Shown piece by piece: positions 11,780 to 21,756 of a stretch of DNA of 64,000 bases. Position 1 is the first letter of the stretch; each line of letters opens with the position of its first letter. A model generated the notes under the pieces. It was not told the DNA's origin. It was given only the letters and a program-made list of their open reading frames with translations, and made no database searches. The translations under genes were made by a program, and so were the position numbers. Location: positions 160,001-224,000 of the forward strand of contig CAWFAK010000009.1 in NCBI GenBank assembly GCA_963813715.1, in the 5' to 3' direction. Source of the stretch: an uncultured Planctomycetaceae bacterium (GTDB lineage Bacteria; Planctomycetota; Planctomycetia; Planctomycetales; Planctomycetaceae).

Positions 11780-14632
11780 TCAGCGAATCGGGACGTCCGC
11801 TTCGAGCGCGACGGGAAGCGTCAAGAGCCGCAGGTCATTGCCGTCGAGAAAGCGCAAAGCCGGATACTCGGCCTGCTCCAGGCGGATCGACGCGGGAACA
11901 ATCAGCCGCAAGTCGCGACCCGGTGCCGGCAGCTCGACCGGACGACTCTGAGAAGGCAAAAGGGTTCGGCCTTGGGCGTCCGTGAGGATCAGCGTTCGCT
12001 CCGGCTGTTCACCGGAGGTCGACGCCAAGTCCTGGTGTTGATCGAGATCGACGAGCGTGATTGCCGCCACTGCGTCTAGCTTTGGAACGCTCGGGAGCCG
12101 CAAGCACAGGATGTTCGGAGCAGCACCGCCTGCGTTCGGCTGAAAGGCGCAGTCAAACAGCTCGAGGTCCGTGCGCTCTTTGCGGACCAGAAAGCGCGTG
12201 GTACCGACGCGTGCAAGCGTCCGGAAGTGGCCCTGCACGTAGCTCAAAAAGTTCATTTTCGGAGTGTCGGCACCCCAGGGGTTGGGGGTGTCGATGAACA
12301 TCATCTGCAGGCGATCGCGGTGGGCGTCCAGCAGCGCATCATCCGCCGAGCGATCCATGCCTTCCCACTGGTTTCCAATGATCACTCTCGAAGCGGGACG
12401 TTGATCAACCCAGAAATAGGCGCTCGCCAAGCCGAAGCGAGGAACGAAGCAATCGGCAGAGGCGCGCAAGTTGGCGGTCACGAAGTTATAGAACGAGGCG
12501 TCACGCTCCGACACCCGCGTCCAACGGCAGCCCTTAAGATTCAGTGGGTCCGACTGAAAATACGTCATGCCGGACGCAAACGTCGCCAGCCCCGCCACGA
12601 TGAGCGCAGAAAGCATGACGGCGAGATTCAAACGGGCAGTCCGCTCAAGTGAGTTCAGCGGATCGATAAGGCCCGATGCCCGAGCCAGGTCATAGAGCAA
12701 CAGAGCCGCGACGAACAGCATGAGCACGTGGCCCAAATGCAATTGGGCTTGTCCCGCTTCGATGATTGGCAAGAGGTGAAGCGGTTCCAGGCAGGCTGCC
12801 AGGAGCAACGCGATCCGCCCAAGCGATCCCGGTCCGCTGCTAAAACTGCCTGTTGGAGGAATCAGGAGGACCCAACAGAGCGGCAGAGCATAGCTCATCC
12901 AGGTTGTGTCCCACAGGCGTGACGTCGACGATCCCGCGATCACAATGCCGCAAACAAGCAATCGCAGCGGCGCAAGCAACGTTTGCTTCGGCGATTCGAT
13001 CCGAAGGACGGCCAGACCCAATCCCACAGCGGCGAGCGCCCAGACACTGGTCAAACTCGGAAGGGGAATGGAATGCCCAAGGACTTCGTACGAACGAAAT
13101 CGCAGCAGAACGACCGCGGGAGCAATTGTCGCCAGCAGGCGCAATGCTCGCAGGATTGGCCCATTCAGAACGGGCCGAAGACCGTCAAAGAAATCCCGGA
13201 CAGCGCCGAATTCGGTACCCAAGTCGAGCAGAAGCACCACAGTCGCCAGCGGGAGCATGAGCGTGCCGATGTACATCTGGCTTCCCGCCATTGGGAAGAT
13301 TTGCAGCGGCTCGACCACGGCAGAAAACGCGAGCAGGACCCGAAAGAACCAATCGCGCTCGCTCAACGAGAGGTTGGGAGGCGGAACGAGCAACAACCAA
13401 GACAGCGGCAAGACGTAATAGAAGCGGCCGTGCGGGTCCCACCACCACGACGTTAGCAACGCAAGCGCAACGCCGCTGGCGACCAAACGCAGGATCCAAA
13501 GCAGGCGTCTTATTGGCACGGAGGTGCGATCGGTCAAGGCCGTCAGGCTGAAAGCAGCGCCCACGCTCGCCCAGGCAATAATGAAGGGAGGTAGCAGCAA
13601 ACGCCTCCCGTAATTGGATCCGCCATATTCGCGAGCCGGCCTCAAGATCAGTGAGTCGAGCATTCCGCTAATGGTGTTCCCATCGAACCAGGCGAAGGCT
13701 GTCATCAGCAGCAGAATCACAAGTCCACCCACCGCGGCTGCGAGCCAGTCACCAAATCCGAAGCGACCGGCCGGCACTCGGAACGCGAGAAGAAGACAGC
13801 AGGGCAACAGACTGACGGTCATGAAGAAACACAGACCGGCGTAACCGTCGGCCAGTCGAGATCGCATGAGTGCCACAGGCAGGGCGACGACGCCGATCGT
13901 AAGCAGACCTTTTAGGAGCGTCCGCACCAGCGAGGGTCGCGTCAAAGCGACAAGGGCCACGGCCAGGGCGATGCAAAAGAAAACGCCCACGTTAACCTTG
14001 GTCAGGATCAAAGCGGCGCCGAGCCCACCCAAAACGCAGAGGGGAAGCCGTCGCGTCGCCGACTTCATCGTCGCCGCGGTCCAGAACGCCAGGGCAAGCA
14101 AGACGGCGATGACTTCCTGCGGATGATTCGGTTCATAACTCAGCACCGATAAATGCAGGACGGAAAGGGTGCCCGCGATCGCGGCCAGACCGAAGGCAAA
14201 GCGGCTTTTTCCCGCTATGCGCGCGGCCGTGGCCGCCAGGATCAGTGCGGCCAAGCTCCAGCTCGCAAACGTCACGGCCCGGCCCGCGTCGTTCGTGAGG
14301 GGCAGCCTCAGCAGTCCAAACAACATCCAGCGTTCGAAGAAATAGGAGGGCCCGTAGACACTGTGAATGTCGTCGTAAATTGCTCGCCCGTCGAGCAAGT
14401 GGCGGACGAACAGGAGATGCTTTCCTTCGTCATCGTAAAGCTTGAACGTGCTAAAGAGCGTGAAAAAGCAATAGGCCGCGCAGCAACCGAAAACGCTGAC
14501 CACGAGCACGCGCAAAAAAAGGCGTTCGACATCGAATCGGCCGAACGAGCGCGCATCACCCGCCGGCGACAGCCCAGCGGATTCCGGACGTCGAGTGCCG
14601 TCGGCACTCTCGGGATGCGACGTTTCCTGCAC
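11780..14632 (-). CDS. Large GT-C-like polytopic membrane protein, paralog 1 (950 aa)
   Basis: Acidic YDDEG motif after TM1, IY.D....YGP, LTKVNVG, many TM helices and a soluble C-terminal domain. Confidence 0.75.
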   Translation of the reverse strand: MQETSHPESADGTRRPESAGLSPAGDARSFGRFDVERLFLRVLVVSVFGCCAAYCFFTLFSTFKLYDDEGKHLLFVRHLLDGRAIYDDIHSVYGPSYFFERWMLFGLLRLPLTNDAGRAVTFASWSLAALILAATAARIAGKSRFAFGLAAIAGTLSVLHLSVLSYEPNHPQEVIAVLLALAFWTAATMKSATRRLPLCVLGGLGAALILTKVNVGVFFCIALAVALVALTRPSLVRTLLKGLLTIGVVALPVALMRSRLADGYAGLCFFMTVSLLPCCLLLAFRVPAGRFGFGDWLAAAVGGLVILLLMTAFAWFDGNTISGMLDSLILRPAREYGGSNYGRRLLLPPFIIAWASVGAAFSLTALTDRTSVPIRRLLWILRLVASGVALALLTSWWWDPHGRFYYVLPLSWLLLVPPPNLSLSERDWFFRVLLAFSAVVEPLQIFPMAGSQMYIGTLMLPLATVVLLLDLGTEFGAVRDFFDGLRPVLNGPILRALRLLATIAPAVVLLRFRSYEVLGHSIPLPSLTSVWALAAVGLGLAVLRIESPKQTLLAPLRLLVCGIVIAGSSTSRLWDTTWMSYALPLCWVLLIPPTGSFSSGPGSLGRIALLLAACLEPLHLLPIIEAGQAQLHLGHVLMLFVAALLLYDLARASGLIDPLNSLERTARLNLAVMLSALIVAGLATFASGMTYFQSDPLNLKGCRWTRVSERDASFYNFVTANLRASADCFVPRFGLASAYFWVDQRPASRVIIGNQWEGMDRSADDALLDAHRDRLQMMFIDTPNPWGADTPKMNFLSYVQGHFRTLARVGTTRFLVRKERTDLELFDCAFQPNAGGAAPNILCLRLPSVPKLDAVAAITLVDLDQHQDLASTSGEQPERTLILTDAQGRTLLPSQSRPVELPAPGRDLRLIVPASIRLEQAEYPALRFLDGNDLRLLTLPVALEADVPIR

Positions 14633-14927
14633 GTTGGAGGCCGATTTATCGCGGTGCCGCGGAAGGATAATTTGTGGGATCGCACCGCTCGTCTCCGCCC
14701 GGCGCGTGCGTAAAGACCACTGCTGGCTCCATCTGCATTATCCCTGGTCGGCGGGTACCGTCAAACGCGCGCCGCAAGGGCACCGACGGCCGTTCGCACG
14801 ATCACTTCGTTCGGAGAAAACGCCACCGACGGGCTATTCAGGCGTCAGCCTCGGCAAATATGATGAAGAGACTTTCGAGCGAACGTTGGCTCGGGCCTCG
14901 CGCTCACTTCCGATTCGGGGCATCGCG

Positions 14928-15977
14928 TTGGAACTCCACGGGCGAACAATTCTTGTCACAGGCGGGGCTGGATTTATCGGCTCCCATCTCGTCGACGCGC
15001 TTTCTGACTGCTCCGTCCGAGTCGTTGACGACTTCTCGACGGGCCGCCAGGAGAATCTGGAGCACCGCCTCGGCCAAGGCCGACTCGAAATCATCCGCGG
15101 CGATTTGCGGGATCCGGCGCTGCTGCCCCGCATCTTGCAAGGCGTCGACGTGGTGTTTCACCTGGCGTGCCGCGGCGTGCGGCACTCGATCGGGCATCCG
15201 CTCGAAAACCACGAGGTGAACGCGACCGGCACCTTGCAGCTGCTCGAGGCGGCCCGTCGCGCCCGGGTTCAGCGATTTGTGCACGTCTCGTCGTCGGAAG
15301 TGTATGGCACGGCTCAGTCGGCCCCGATGGATGAAAGTCATCCGACCAGTCCCGAAACGGTCTACGGGGCCTCAAAGCTGGCTGGCGAATGCTACGCGCG
15401 CGCTGCGCATCAGACCTACGGCTTTCCGACGGTCATCGTGCGTCCGTTCAATAACTTTGGTCCCCGCAGCCATCATGAGGGAGATTCCGGCGAGGTCATT
15501 CCCCGGTTTGTCGTCTGGGCTCTTAACGGGCAGGCGCCTGTGATTTTCGGTGACGGCGCTCAAACGCGCGATTTCATCTACGTTGAAGACACGGCCTACT
15601 GGCTGCGGCGGGCGGCAGAATGCGATGCGCTGATCGGGCAAACGGTCAACTTCGGCTCCGGCACTGAGACGTCGATTCGCGAACTCGCCGATCTCGTTTA
15701 CGACGTTACGTGCGGGGCGCCGATTGCTCCCGAATTCCGGGCACCGCGGCCCGGCGACGTGCGGCGACATGTGGCAGGCATCGCCAAAGCGCGACGAATG
15801 CTCGGATTCGAGACCAGAATTTCGCTGCGCGAGGGGATTGAAAGGACTGTTGCGTACCTGCGATCCAGGGGCGACGATGTGGGCAGACTGCTGGCGGAGA
15901 CTCAAAGAATCAATTGGGTGATGAGCGACAGCGGAGCTTCCTCACAAGTGCGCGAAAGCGGGAAAGCGTCGGCGTGA
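14928..15977 (+). CDS. NAD-dependent nucleotide-sugar epimerase/dehydratase
   Basis: TGGAGFIG, SSSEVYG, YGASK, FGDGAQTRDF and RPGDV. TTG 14928 is the likely start. Confidence 0.92.
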   Translation: MELHGRTILVTGGAGFIGSHLVDALSDCSVRVVDDFSTGRQENLEHRLGQGRLEIIRGDLRDPALLPRILQGVDVVFHLACRGVRHSIGHPLENHEVNATGTLQLLEAARRARVQRFVHVSSSEVYGTAQSAPMDESHPTSPETVYGASKLAGECYARAAHQTYGFPTVIVRPFNNFGPRSHHEGDSGEVIPRFVVWALNGQAPVIFGDGAQTRDFIYVEDTAYWLRRAAECDALIGQTVNFGSGTETSIRELADLVYDVTCGAPIAPEFRAPRPGDVRRHVAGIAKARRMLGFETRISLREGIERTVAYLRSRGDDVGRLLAETQRINWVMSDSGASSQVRESGKASA

Positions 15978-17125
15978 TACCAATTACCAAGCCCTATTTC
16001 GGGCCCGAGGAGGCCGAGGCCGCCGCCAGCGTGATTGAAAGCGGATGGGTCACACAGGGGCCAAAGGTCGCCGAATTCGAGCGGGCCGTCGCCGATTACT
16101 GCCAGACCGCGGAAGCCGTCGCGGTGAGCAATTGCACGGCGGCTTTGCATTTGTCGCTGTTGGCACTGGGCGTCGGTCCCGGAGACGAGGTGATCTGCCC
16201 GTCGATGTCGTTTATTGCCACCGCCAATTCGATTCGTCACGCCGGTGCGACGCCCGTTTTTGCCGACGTCGATTGCCAGACCTACAACCTCGACCCGGAC
16301 GCCACCGAAGCAGCGATCACACCGCGAACCAAGGCAATCCTGGTCGTGCACCAGATTGGCATGCCGGCCGACATCGACCGCTTCCTTGCGATTGGAGCCC
16401 GGTACGGAGTCAAGATTCTAGAGGATGCCGCCTGTGCCTTCGGTGCCCGATACAAGGGCCGGCCGATCGGCGGACACAGCGAGTTGGCTTGCTTCAGCCT
16501 GCATCCCCGCAAGCTCATCACCACCGGCGAAGGCGGCTTGATCACGACCAATAGTCGCGAGCACGCGCAGCGCCTGCGGCTGTTGCGGCAACATGGCATG
16601 AGCATTTCCGACGCGGTCCGCCACGCCTCGAATCAGGTGCTCACCGAGCAGTATGTTTGCGTGGGCTACAACCAGCGGATGACCGATATCCAAGCGGCCA
16701 TCGGCGTCGAGCAGATGAAAAAGCTCGATTGGATCGTAGGTCGGCGGATTGAGTTGGCAGGCCGTTACACGCAGGCCTTGGCCACTCATCCCTGGTTGTC
16801 ACCGCCGCACGTCCCTGAGTTCGCGCAGCCGAATTTTCAGAGTTATGCCGTCCAGATCAAGAGGGGCGCTCCGTTTGGACGGGACGAGTTGATGCAGAAG
16901 CTGCTCGACCGCGGAATTGCCACGCGTCGGGGAATCATGTTGTCGCATTTGGAGTCCCCCTATCGGAAGTCTGCAACCGATCTCCCACAATCGGAACAAG
17001 CCAGCGCCCATTCGCTCTTGCTACCCTTATTCCCACAAATGGAAATCGGTGATCAAGACGTTGTGATCAATGCCTTGCGAGAGTGCGCAACGGCGCGTCC
17101 CTTGTGCGCGCAGTCCCGTCCATGA
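15974..17125 (+). CDS. DegT/DnrJ/EryC1/StrS sugar aminotransferase
   Basis: SNCTAALH, EDAA and SLHPRKLITTGEGG (PLP lysine). GTGA overlap with the upstream stop. Confidence 0.93.
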   Translation: MIPITKPYFGPEEAEAAASVIESGWVTQGPKVAEFERAVADYCQTAEAVAVSNCTAALHLSLLALGVGPGDEVICPSMSFIATANSIRHAGATPVFADVDCQTYNLDPDATEAAITPRTKAILVVHQIGMPADIDRFLAIGARYGVKILEDAACAFGARYKGRPIGGHSELACFSLHPRKLITTGEGGLITTNSREHAQRLRLLRQHGMSISDAVRHASNQVLTEQYVCVGYNQRMTDIQAAIGVEQMKKLDWIVGRRIELAGRYTQALATHPWLSPPHVPEFAQPNFQSYAVQIKRGAPFGRDELMQKLLDRGIATRRGIMLSHLESPYRKSATDLPQSEQASAHSLLLPLFPQMEIGDQDVVINALRECATARPLCAQSRP

Positions 17126-17874
17126 ACCTGCCGAATTTCCTGATCGCCGGCGCGCCGCGTGCCGGAACAACGTTCCTCTACGAAATTCTTGGCGAGCACC
17201 CGGACGTTTACCTGGCCAGGCCCCGCAGCCCCGAACCAAAGTTTTTTTTGGTTGACGAAGAATTCCAAAAAGGCCTCGGCTATTACTCGGAGAGGTATTT
17301 CGCGGGTGTGGAGGGCCAAACCGCGGTCGGAGAGAAATCGACGAATTATCTGGAAAATCCGCACGTGGCAGATCGCATCCGTTCGCTGCTGCCGGGCGTC
17401 AAACTGCTCTTTACACTCCGAAATCCGATCGAGCGCGCGTTTTCGAACTACCTCTGGTCCCAAAAAAACGGCCTCGAAACTTTGTCTTTTGCCGACGCTG
17501 TGGAGACCGAGCAGGCCCGTGAAGCCGAGTACCCGCATGCCTATCGCTACTCGCGGCCCTTTTCCTATGTGTCGCGCGGTCTGTACGCCGCACATTTGCG
17601 GCCCTATCTGGAAGAATTTCCTTCGGACCAAATTAAAGTGGTCCTTCTCGACGATCTCGAAGAAAAGCCCCAGGTCGAACTCGACGGGATCGCCCGGTTT
17701 TTGGGTGTCCGAGCACTGCAGTCGCCGGGCGACTTACATCGCCGCGTCAACACGGCTCGGGTCGGCAATGAGCAGATCGGGGAAGCCACTCGTGCCAGGT
17801 TGCAAGACGTTTTCCGTGATCCCAATCGGGAATTGGCCGACCTCTTGAAGCGGGATCTCTCCCATTGGTCGTAG
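17122..17874 (+). CDS. PAPS-dependent sulfotransferase (heparan-sulfate-sulfotransferase-like family)
   Basis: 5'-PSB loop GAPRAGTT, PEPKFF, GEKSTNY, 3'-PB LRNPIERAFSNY and Y..RGLY. ATGA overlap. Confidence 0.88.
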   Translation: MNLPNFLIAGAPRAGTTFLYEILGEHPDVYLARPRSPEPKFFLVDEEFQKGLGYYSERYFAGVEGQTAVGEKSTNYLENPHVADRIRSLLPGVKLLFTLRNPIERAFSNYLWSQKNGLETLSFADAVETEQAREAEYPHAYRYSRPFSYVSRGLYAAHLRPYLEEFPSDQIKVVLLDDLEEKPQVELDGIARFLGVRALQSPGDLHRRVNTARVGNEQIGEATRARLQDVFRDPNRELADLLKRDLSHWS

Positions 17875-18632
17875 CGGACGAGCAATTCAACCTGATTTGC
17901 CTCACGGTCGACGTTGAGTGGGCGCACCCCGACGTTCTGCACGACCTGGTCGAAACCATCAGTGCCCGCGGTCTCGAGGCGACGTTCTTTTCGACGCATG
18001 CCGGAATCCAAGTGCCCGGCCACGAGCGGGCTCTGCACCCGAATTTCCTGCGTTCGGGTGAAACGATGCGACGACTGGGCACTGCAGCTGCCGCGATGAC
18101 CGATGTTGACGTCTACCGCCATGTGGTCGAGACAACGCACAGCTTCTGTCCCGAGGCGGTGGGAGTGCGCGGTCATCGGCAATTTTTCGACTCAACGCTC
18201 TTGCCGATCTACAAAGAATGCGGATTGCGATACGACAGCAGCCTGTTCCTCCCGCTGGCGGAGGGCTTGGCGCCCGTTATGAAGCCGCACGACATTCTCG
18301 AGTTGCCGATTTATTACATCGACCACAGTGACCTCAACGCTCGCTATACCGATTTCGACGTCGCCGCGCTTGGGCTCGATCGACCGGGGTTGAAAGTGTT
18401 CGACTTCCATCCCAATACGGTCTTCATCAACGCCGCTACCAATGGGCAGTACGATGCCTCGAAGGCCCACTATCACGATCCGGACAAACTGCTGGCGATG
18501 CGGCAATCAGGCGCCGGCGCGCGAACTCTCTTCATCCAGCTTCTCGATTTCATCGCGAGCCAGCGCCGACCCACCGCGACTCTCGCAGAGGTCGATCGAC
18601 GCTGGCGTGCGGCCGCAGTGAAGCAACGGTGA
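17865..18632 (+). CDS. Polysaccharide deacetylase-like protein (WbmS-like)
   Basis: LTVDVEWA, ATFFSTH, LHPNF, VRGH, YDSS and KVFDFHP motifs. Confidence 0.72.
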   Translation: MVVADEQFNLICLTVDVEWAHPDVLHDLVETISARGLEATFFSTHAGIQVPGHERALHPNFLRSGETMRRLGTAAAAMTDVDVYRHVVETTHSFCPEAVGVRGHRQFFDSTLLPIYKECGLRYDSSLFLPLAEGLAPVMKPHDILELPIYYIDHSDLNARYTDFDVAALGLDRPGLKVFDFHPNTVFINAATNGQYDASKAHYHDPDKLLAMRQSGAGARTLFIQLLDFIASQRRPTATLAEVDRRWRAAAVKQR

Positions 18633-18660
18633 TCCGGGCCAAACACGGGCAGAGCCTTCG

Positions 18661-19654
18661 ATGCAGATCACCGTTTACACCGATAAGCACCGCGCCCTGT
18701 GGTCCCGATTTCTCGCAGGGTCGGTCAACGGCACCCTTTTTCACAGCCAAGAGTTCCTCGACTACCACCCCGCGGGTCGATTTTCGTGGCATCACCTCAT
18801 CTTCGGTAATCCGGGAGAGCCCTTGGCGGTGATGCCGGGAGCCATTCACGTCGATGCAAACGGCAAAACAACCTATCGCTCCCCCGCCGGGGCAACGCTT
18901 GGCGGACTCGTTCTTGCGGCCTCGGCTGAGCCTTTCACAAACGATCGAGTTGGTCCAATCTTTGGTCGCGTACGGGCGCGAGTCGGGCTGGTCGTCGATT
19001 GTCTTGGGGACGGTGCCCCCGCTTTATTGGCGGACGCCGGACGACGCGCTGGAATTCGTGCTCCGCGACGCCGGCTTTGTCGGCACGCCCCAGCTGATGT
19101 TTTATGTGCCTTTGAAGCAAGCGGGGTCGGAGGCAGATTTGCTCCAGCTGGTTCCGTCGGCAAAACGGTGGGAGTTTCGCAAGTCGCTACAGCAAGGTTT
19201 GGAAATCCGCGCAGCCGAAACTCCCGATCAAATCGCGCAGTTTTATGAAGTCCTGAGGATCAACAAGGCCGCACATGGCACCCAACCCGTACACTCTCTT
19301 GACGAGTTGCTGGGGCTTAAGCAGCGTTTTCCCGATCGCATCCGCATCCTCTGCGCGATCAAAGAGGGAGAGACGTTAGCGGGAATTTATCGCGTTGCTG
19401 CGACCCCGCGCGTCTCGTACACTCAATATATTGCCGACCGACCCGATTCTCGGGACGTGCAAGCAACCCGCTTTGTGCTGTTTCACACCCTCCAAGAACT
19501 CGTCCAGGCCGGGGTCGAATTCCTCGACTTGGGCCCGTCGGTCCAATTGCCCATCGTTCGCCGGGGTGGCGTCGTCTTTAAGGAGTCGGTCGGTGGGTTC
19601 GGCTGCGAGCGTCGGGAGTGGATTTTGGGACTGTCGCAGCCCCAGGCCGGTTGA
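18661..19654 (+). CDS. GNAT/FemAB-like acyltransferase (frameshift ~18913)
   Basis: NGTLFHSQEFLDYH and RSPAGATLGG continue after the shift into PVHSLDELL.L...FPDRI, LDLGPS and FKESVGG. Confidence 0.75.
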
Positions 19655-19693
19655 CCCCAAATCCTTTCTCCACAGTCGCCCGAGCGCTCGACG

Positions 19694-20734
19694 ATGATGT
19701 CTCCGCACCAAAGAATCAGCATCATCATCCCGGCGTTCAACGAAGAAGAAAATCTGCCGGAGATCGTCACGCGGCTGCACGCGCTCGATCCGGCGCTGGC
19801 CGAGCGCGGGCTCGAACTGGAGATCGTCGTGATCGACGACCACTCCAGCGACGCCACCTGTCAGGTGGGAAAGGCTCTGGCAAGCAAGCACCCCGGCATG
19901 CGCTATGTGCGGCTCTCGCGTAATAGCGGCTCGCATATCGCCTGCGCTGCCGGACTGGACCAGTGCACGGGCGACGCGGCCATCGTGATGGCGGCCGATC
20001 TGCAGGATCCCCCCGAAATCGTGCTCAAGTTGGCTGATGAATGGCAACGGGGCAACGACGTCGTCTGGGCCGTCCGCTCCAAGCGCGAGGGGGAATCGTG
20101 GAGCACGTTGCTCACGTCGTGGCTATTCAACTCGCTCATGAAGCACGCCTTTCCCGATTTGCCGCGGAAGGGGGCCGATTTTGTTCTCGTCAGCCGCCGT
20201 GTGATCGACGCGTACAACGCGATGCGGGAGAAAAACCCGAACATCAACCTGGCATTTCGCTGGTGCGGATTCCGGCAGTCGTCATTCGAGTACGTGAAGC
20301 AAGCACGTCACGCGGGCAAGAGCCGTTTCACTCTGGCAAAAAAGCTCAAGGTTTTTGTCGACTCGATCGTCGGCTACAGCTACGCGCCGCTACGAGTGAC
20401 GGCGGTGCTCGGTGCGAGCCTGTTCGTCGTCGGTTTTGTCGCCGCATTGGCGGCCGTTGTCGGGCGACTTGCCGGGGCCTCCTGGACCACATTTGGCATC
20501 GCCATGGTCCTAGCCGTAACGTTGGCGGGGCAAGGCGTCACGCTCGTGGCGCTCGGACTGCTCGGTGAATATACGTGGCGGGCTCTCGATGAAGTGCGCG
20601 GTCGACCACGCTATCTGATCGAAGAATCCGCCGGACCGACAGCCGTCGATTCGGCGGCGCGGAACGCATCCCGCGAACCTGTCATCGAACAGAAGTTGCG
20701 GGTTGCAACGCAAGAAAGTTGGGAAGCCAGATGA
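19694..20734 (+). CDS. GT2 polyprenol-phosphate glycosyltransferase (GtrB/ArnC-like)
   Basis: IIIPAFNEEENL, DDHSSD, LSRNSG, ADLQDPPE, two C-terminal TM helices and GEY.WR..DEVRGRPRY. Confidence 0.9.
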   Translation: MMSPHQRISIIIPAFNEEENLPEIVTRLHALDPALAERGLELEIVVIDDHSSDATCQVGKALASKHPGMRYVRLSRNSGSHIACAAGLDQCTGDAAIVMAADLQDPPEIVLKLADEWQRGNDVVWAVRSKREGESWSTLLTSWLFNSLMKHAFPDLPRKGADFVLVSRRVIDAYNAMREKNPNINLAFRWCGFRQSSFEYVKQARHAGKSRFTLAKKLKVFVDSIVGYSYAPLRVTAVLGASLFVVGFVAALAAVVGRLAGASWTTFGIAMVLAVTLAGQGVTLVALGLLGEYTWRALDEVRGRPRYLIEESAGPTAVDSAARNASREPVIEQKLRVATQESWEAR

Positions 20735-21756
20735 GCGACTCGCGAATGGTCGGCGTCGCCGTGATTGGTTGTGGGTATTGGGGGCCCAACCTGGTCCGCA
20801 ATTTCTCCGTCTGCGCGGACACACGCGTTGTGGCTGTTTGCGACAAGGACGTCGGCCGGCTCAAGCGCGTTGCCCCAATCTGTCCCACCGCGAAGCTGAC
20901 CGGCAACTTTGACGACGTTCTGCGCAACCCCGAAATTGAAGCCGTGGCGATTGCCACTCCGGTGGCCACACACGTTCACCTGGCGACGGCCGCACTGGAA
21001 GCAGGCAAGCACGTTCTGGTCGAAAAACCGCTGGCGGGCAACGTCCGCGACGCAGAGGTGCTCGTCCGCAGAGCTGCCGAGGCCGGCCGCATCCTGATGG
21101 TCGACCACACATACCTCTACAGTCCTGCGATCCGCAAAATCAAAGAGCTCGTCGACAAGGGCGAGTTCGGCGAGCTCTTTTACATCGACAGCGTGCGGAT
21201 CAATCTGGGCCAGTTCCAAAGCGATATCAACGTCCTCTGGGATCTGGCTCCCCACGATCTCTCGATTATCGACTACTTGCTCGGTCGGATGCCCCGCAGC
21301 CTGGCCGCGATGGGCGTCTCCCATACCTCAAGTGAGCTGGAGGATGTGGCTTACCTCAACCTCGACTTCGGCAACTCATTGATGGCCACATTTCACGTCA
21401 ATTGGTTGAGCCCAGTGAAGCTGAGGCACACCATCATCGGGGGCAGCAAGCGGAGCGCTGTCTACAACGATCTCGATCCGGTCCAGCCGATTCAAATCTA
21501 CGACAGCGGGATCCAGCTCGGTCAATCCTCGGAAGCACGGTATGGCGCCCTGGTGAGCTACCGCATGGGAGACATCTGGTCTCCTTACGTGTCGCGCAGC
21601 GAAGAGCCCCTGCAGAATGTCGTCCGCCATTTTGCCGACTGCATTCTCCAGAACAAGCAGCCGCTCACCGACGGCGAATCGGGGCTGCGCGTGGTGCGGA
21701 TCCTCGAGGCGGCCCAGCGCAGCATTAAAGCCCAAGGCGGCCGCATCACCTTGTGA
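20731..21756 (+). CDS. Gfo/Idh/MocA oxidoreductase (WbpB/WlbA-like sugar 3-dehydrogenase candidate)
   Basis: GCGYWGPNLVRNF, VEKP and WDLAPHD. ATGA overlap; co-located with a DegT and a hexapeptide acetyltransferase. Confidence 0.85.
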   Translation: MSDSRMVGVAVIGCGYWGPNLVRNFSVCADTRVVAVCDKDVGRLKRVAPICPTAKLTGNFDDVLRNPEIEAVAIATPVATHVHLATAALEAGKHVLVEKPLAGNVRDAEVLVRRAAEAGRILMVDHTYLYSPAIRKIKELVDKGEFGELFYIDSVRINLGQFQSDINVLWDLAPHDLSIIDYLLGRMPRSLAAMGVSHTSSELEDVAYLNLDFGNSLMATFHVNWLSPVKLRHTIIGGSKRSAVYNDLDPVQPIQIYDSGIQLGQSSEARYGALVSYRMGDIWSPYVSRSEEPLQNVVRHFADCILQNKQPLTDGESGLRVVRILEAAQRSIKAQGGRITL

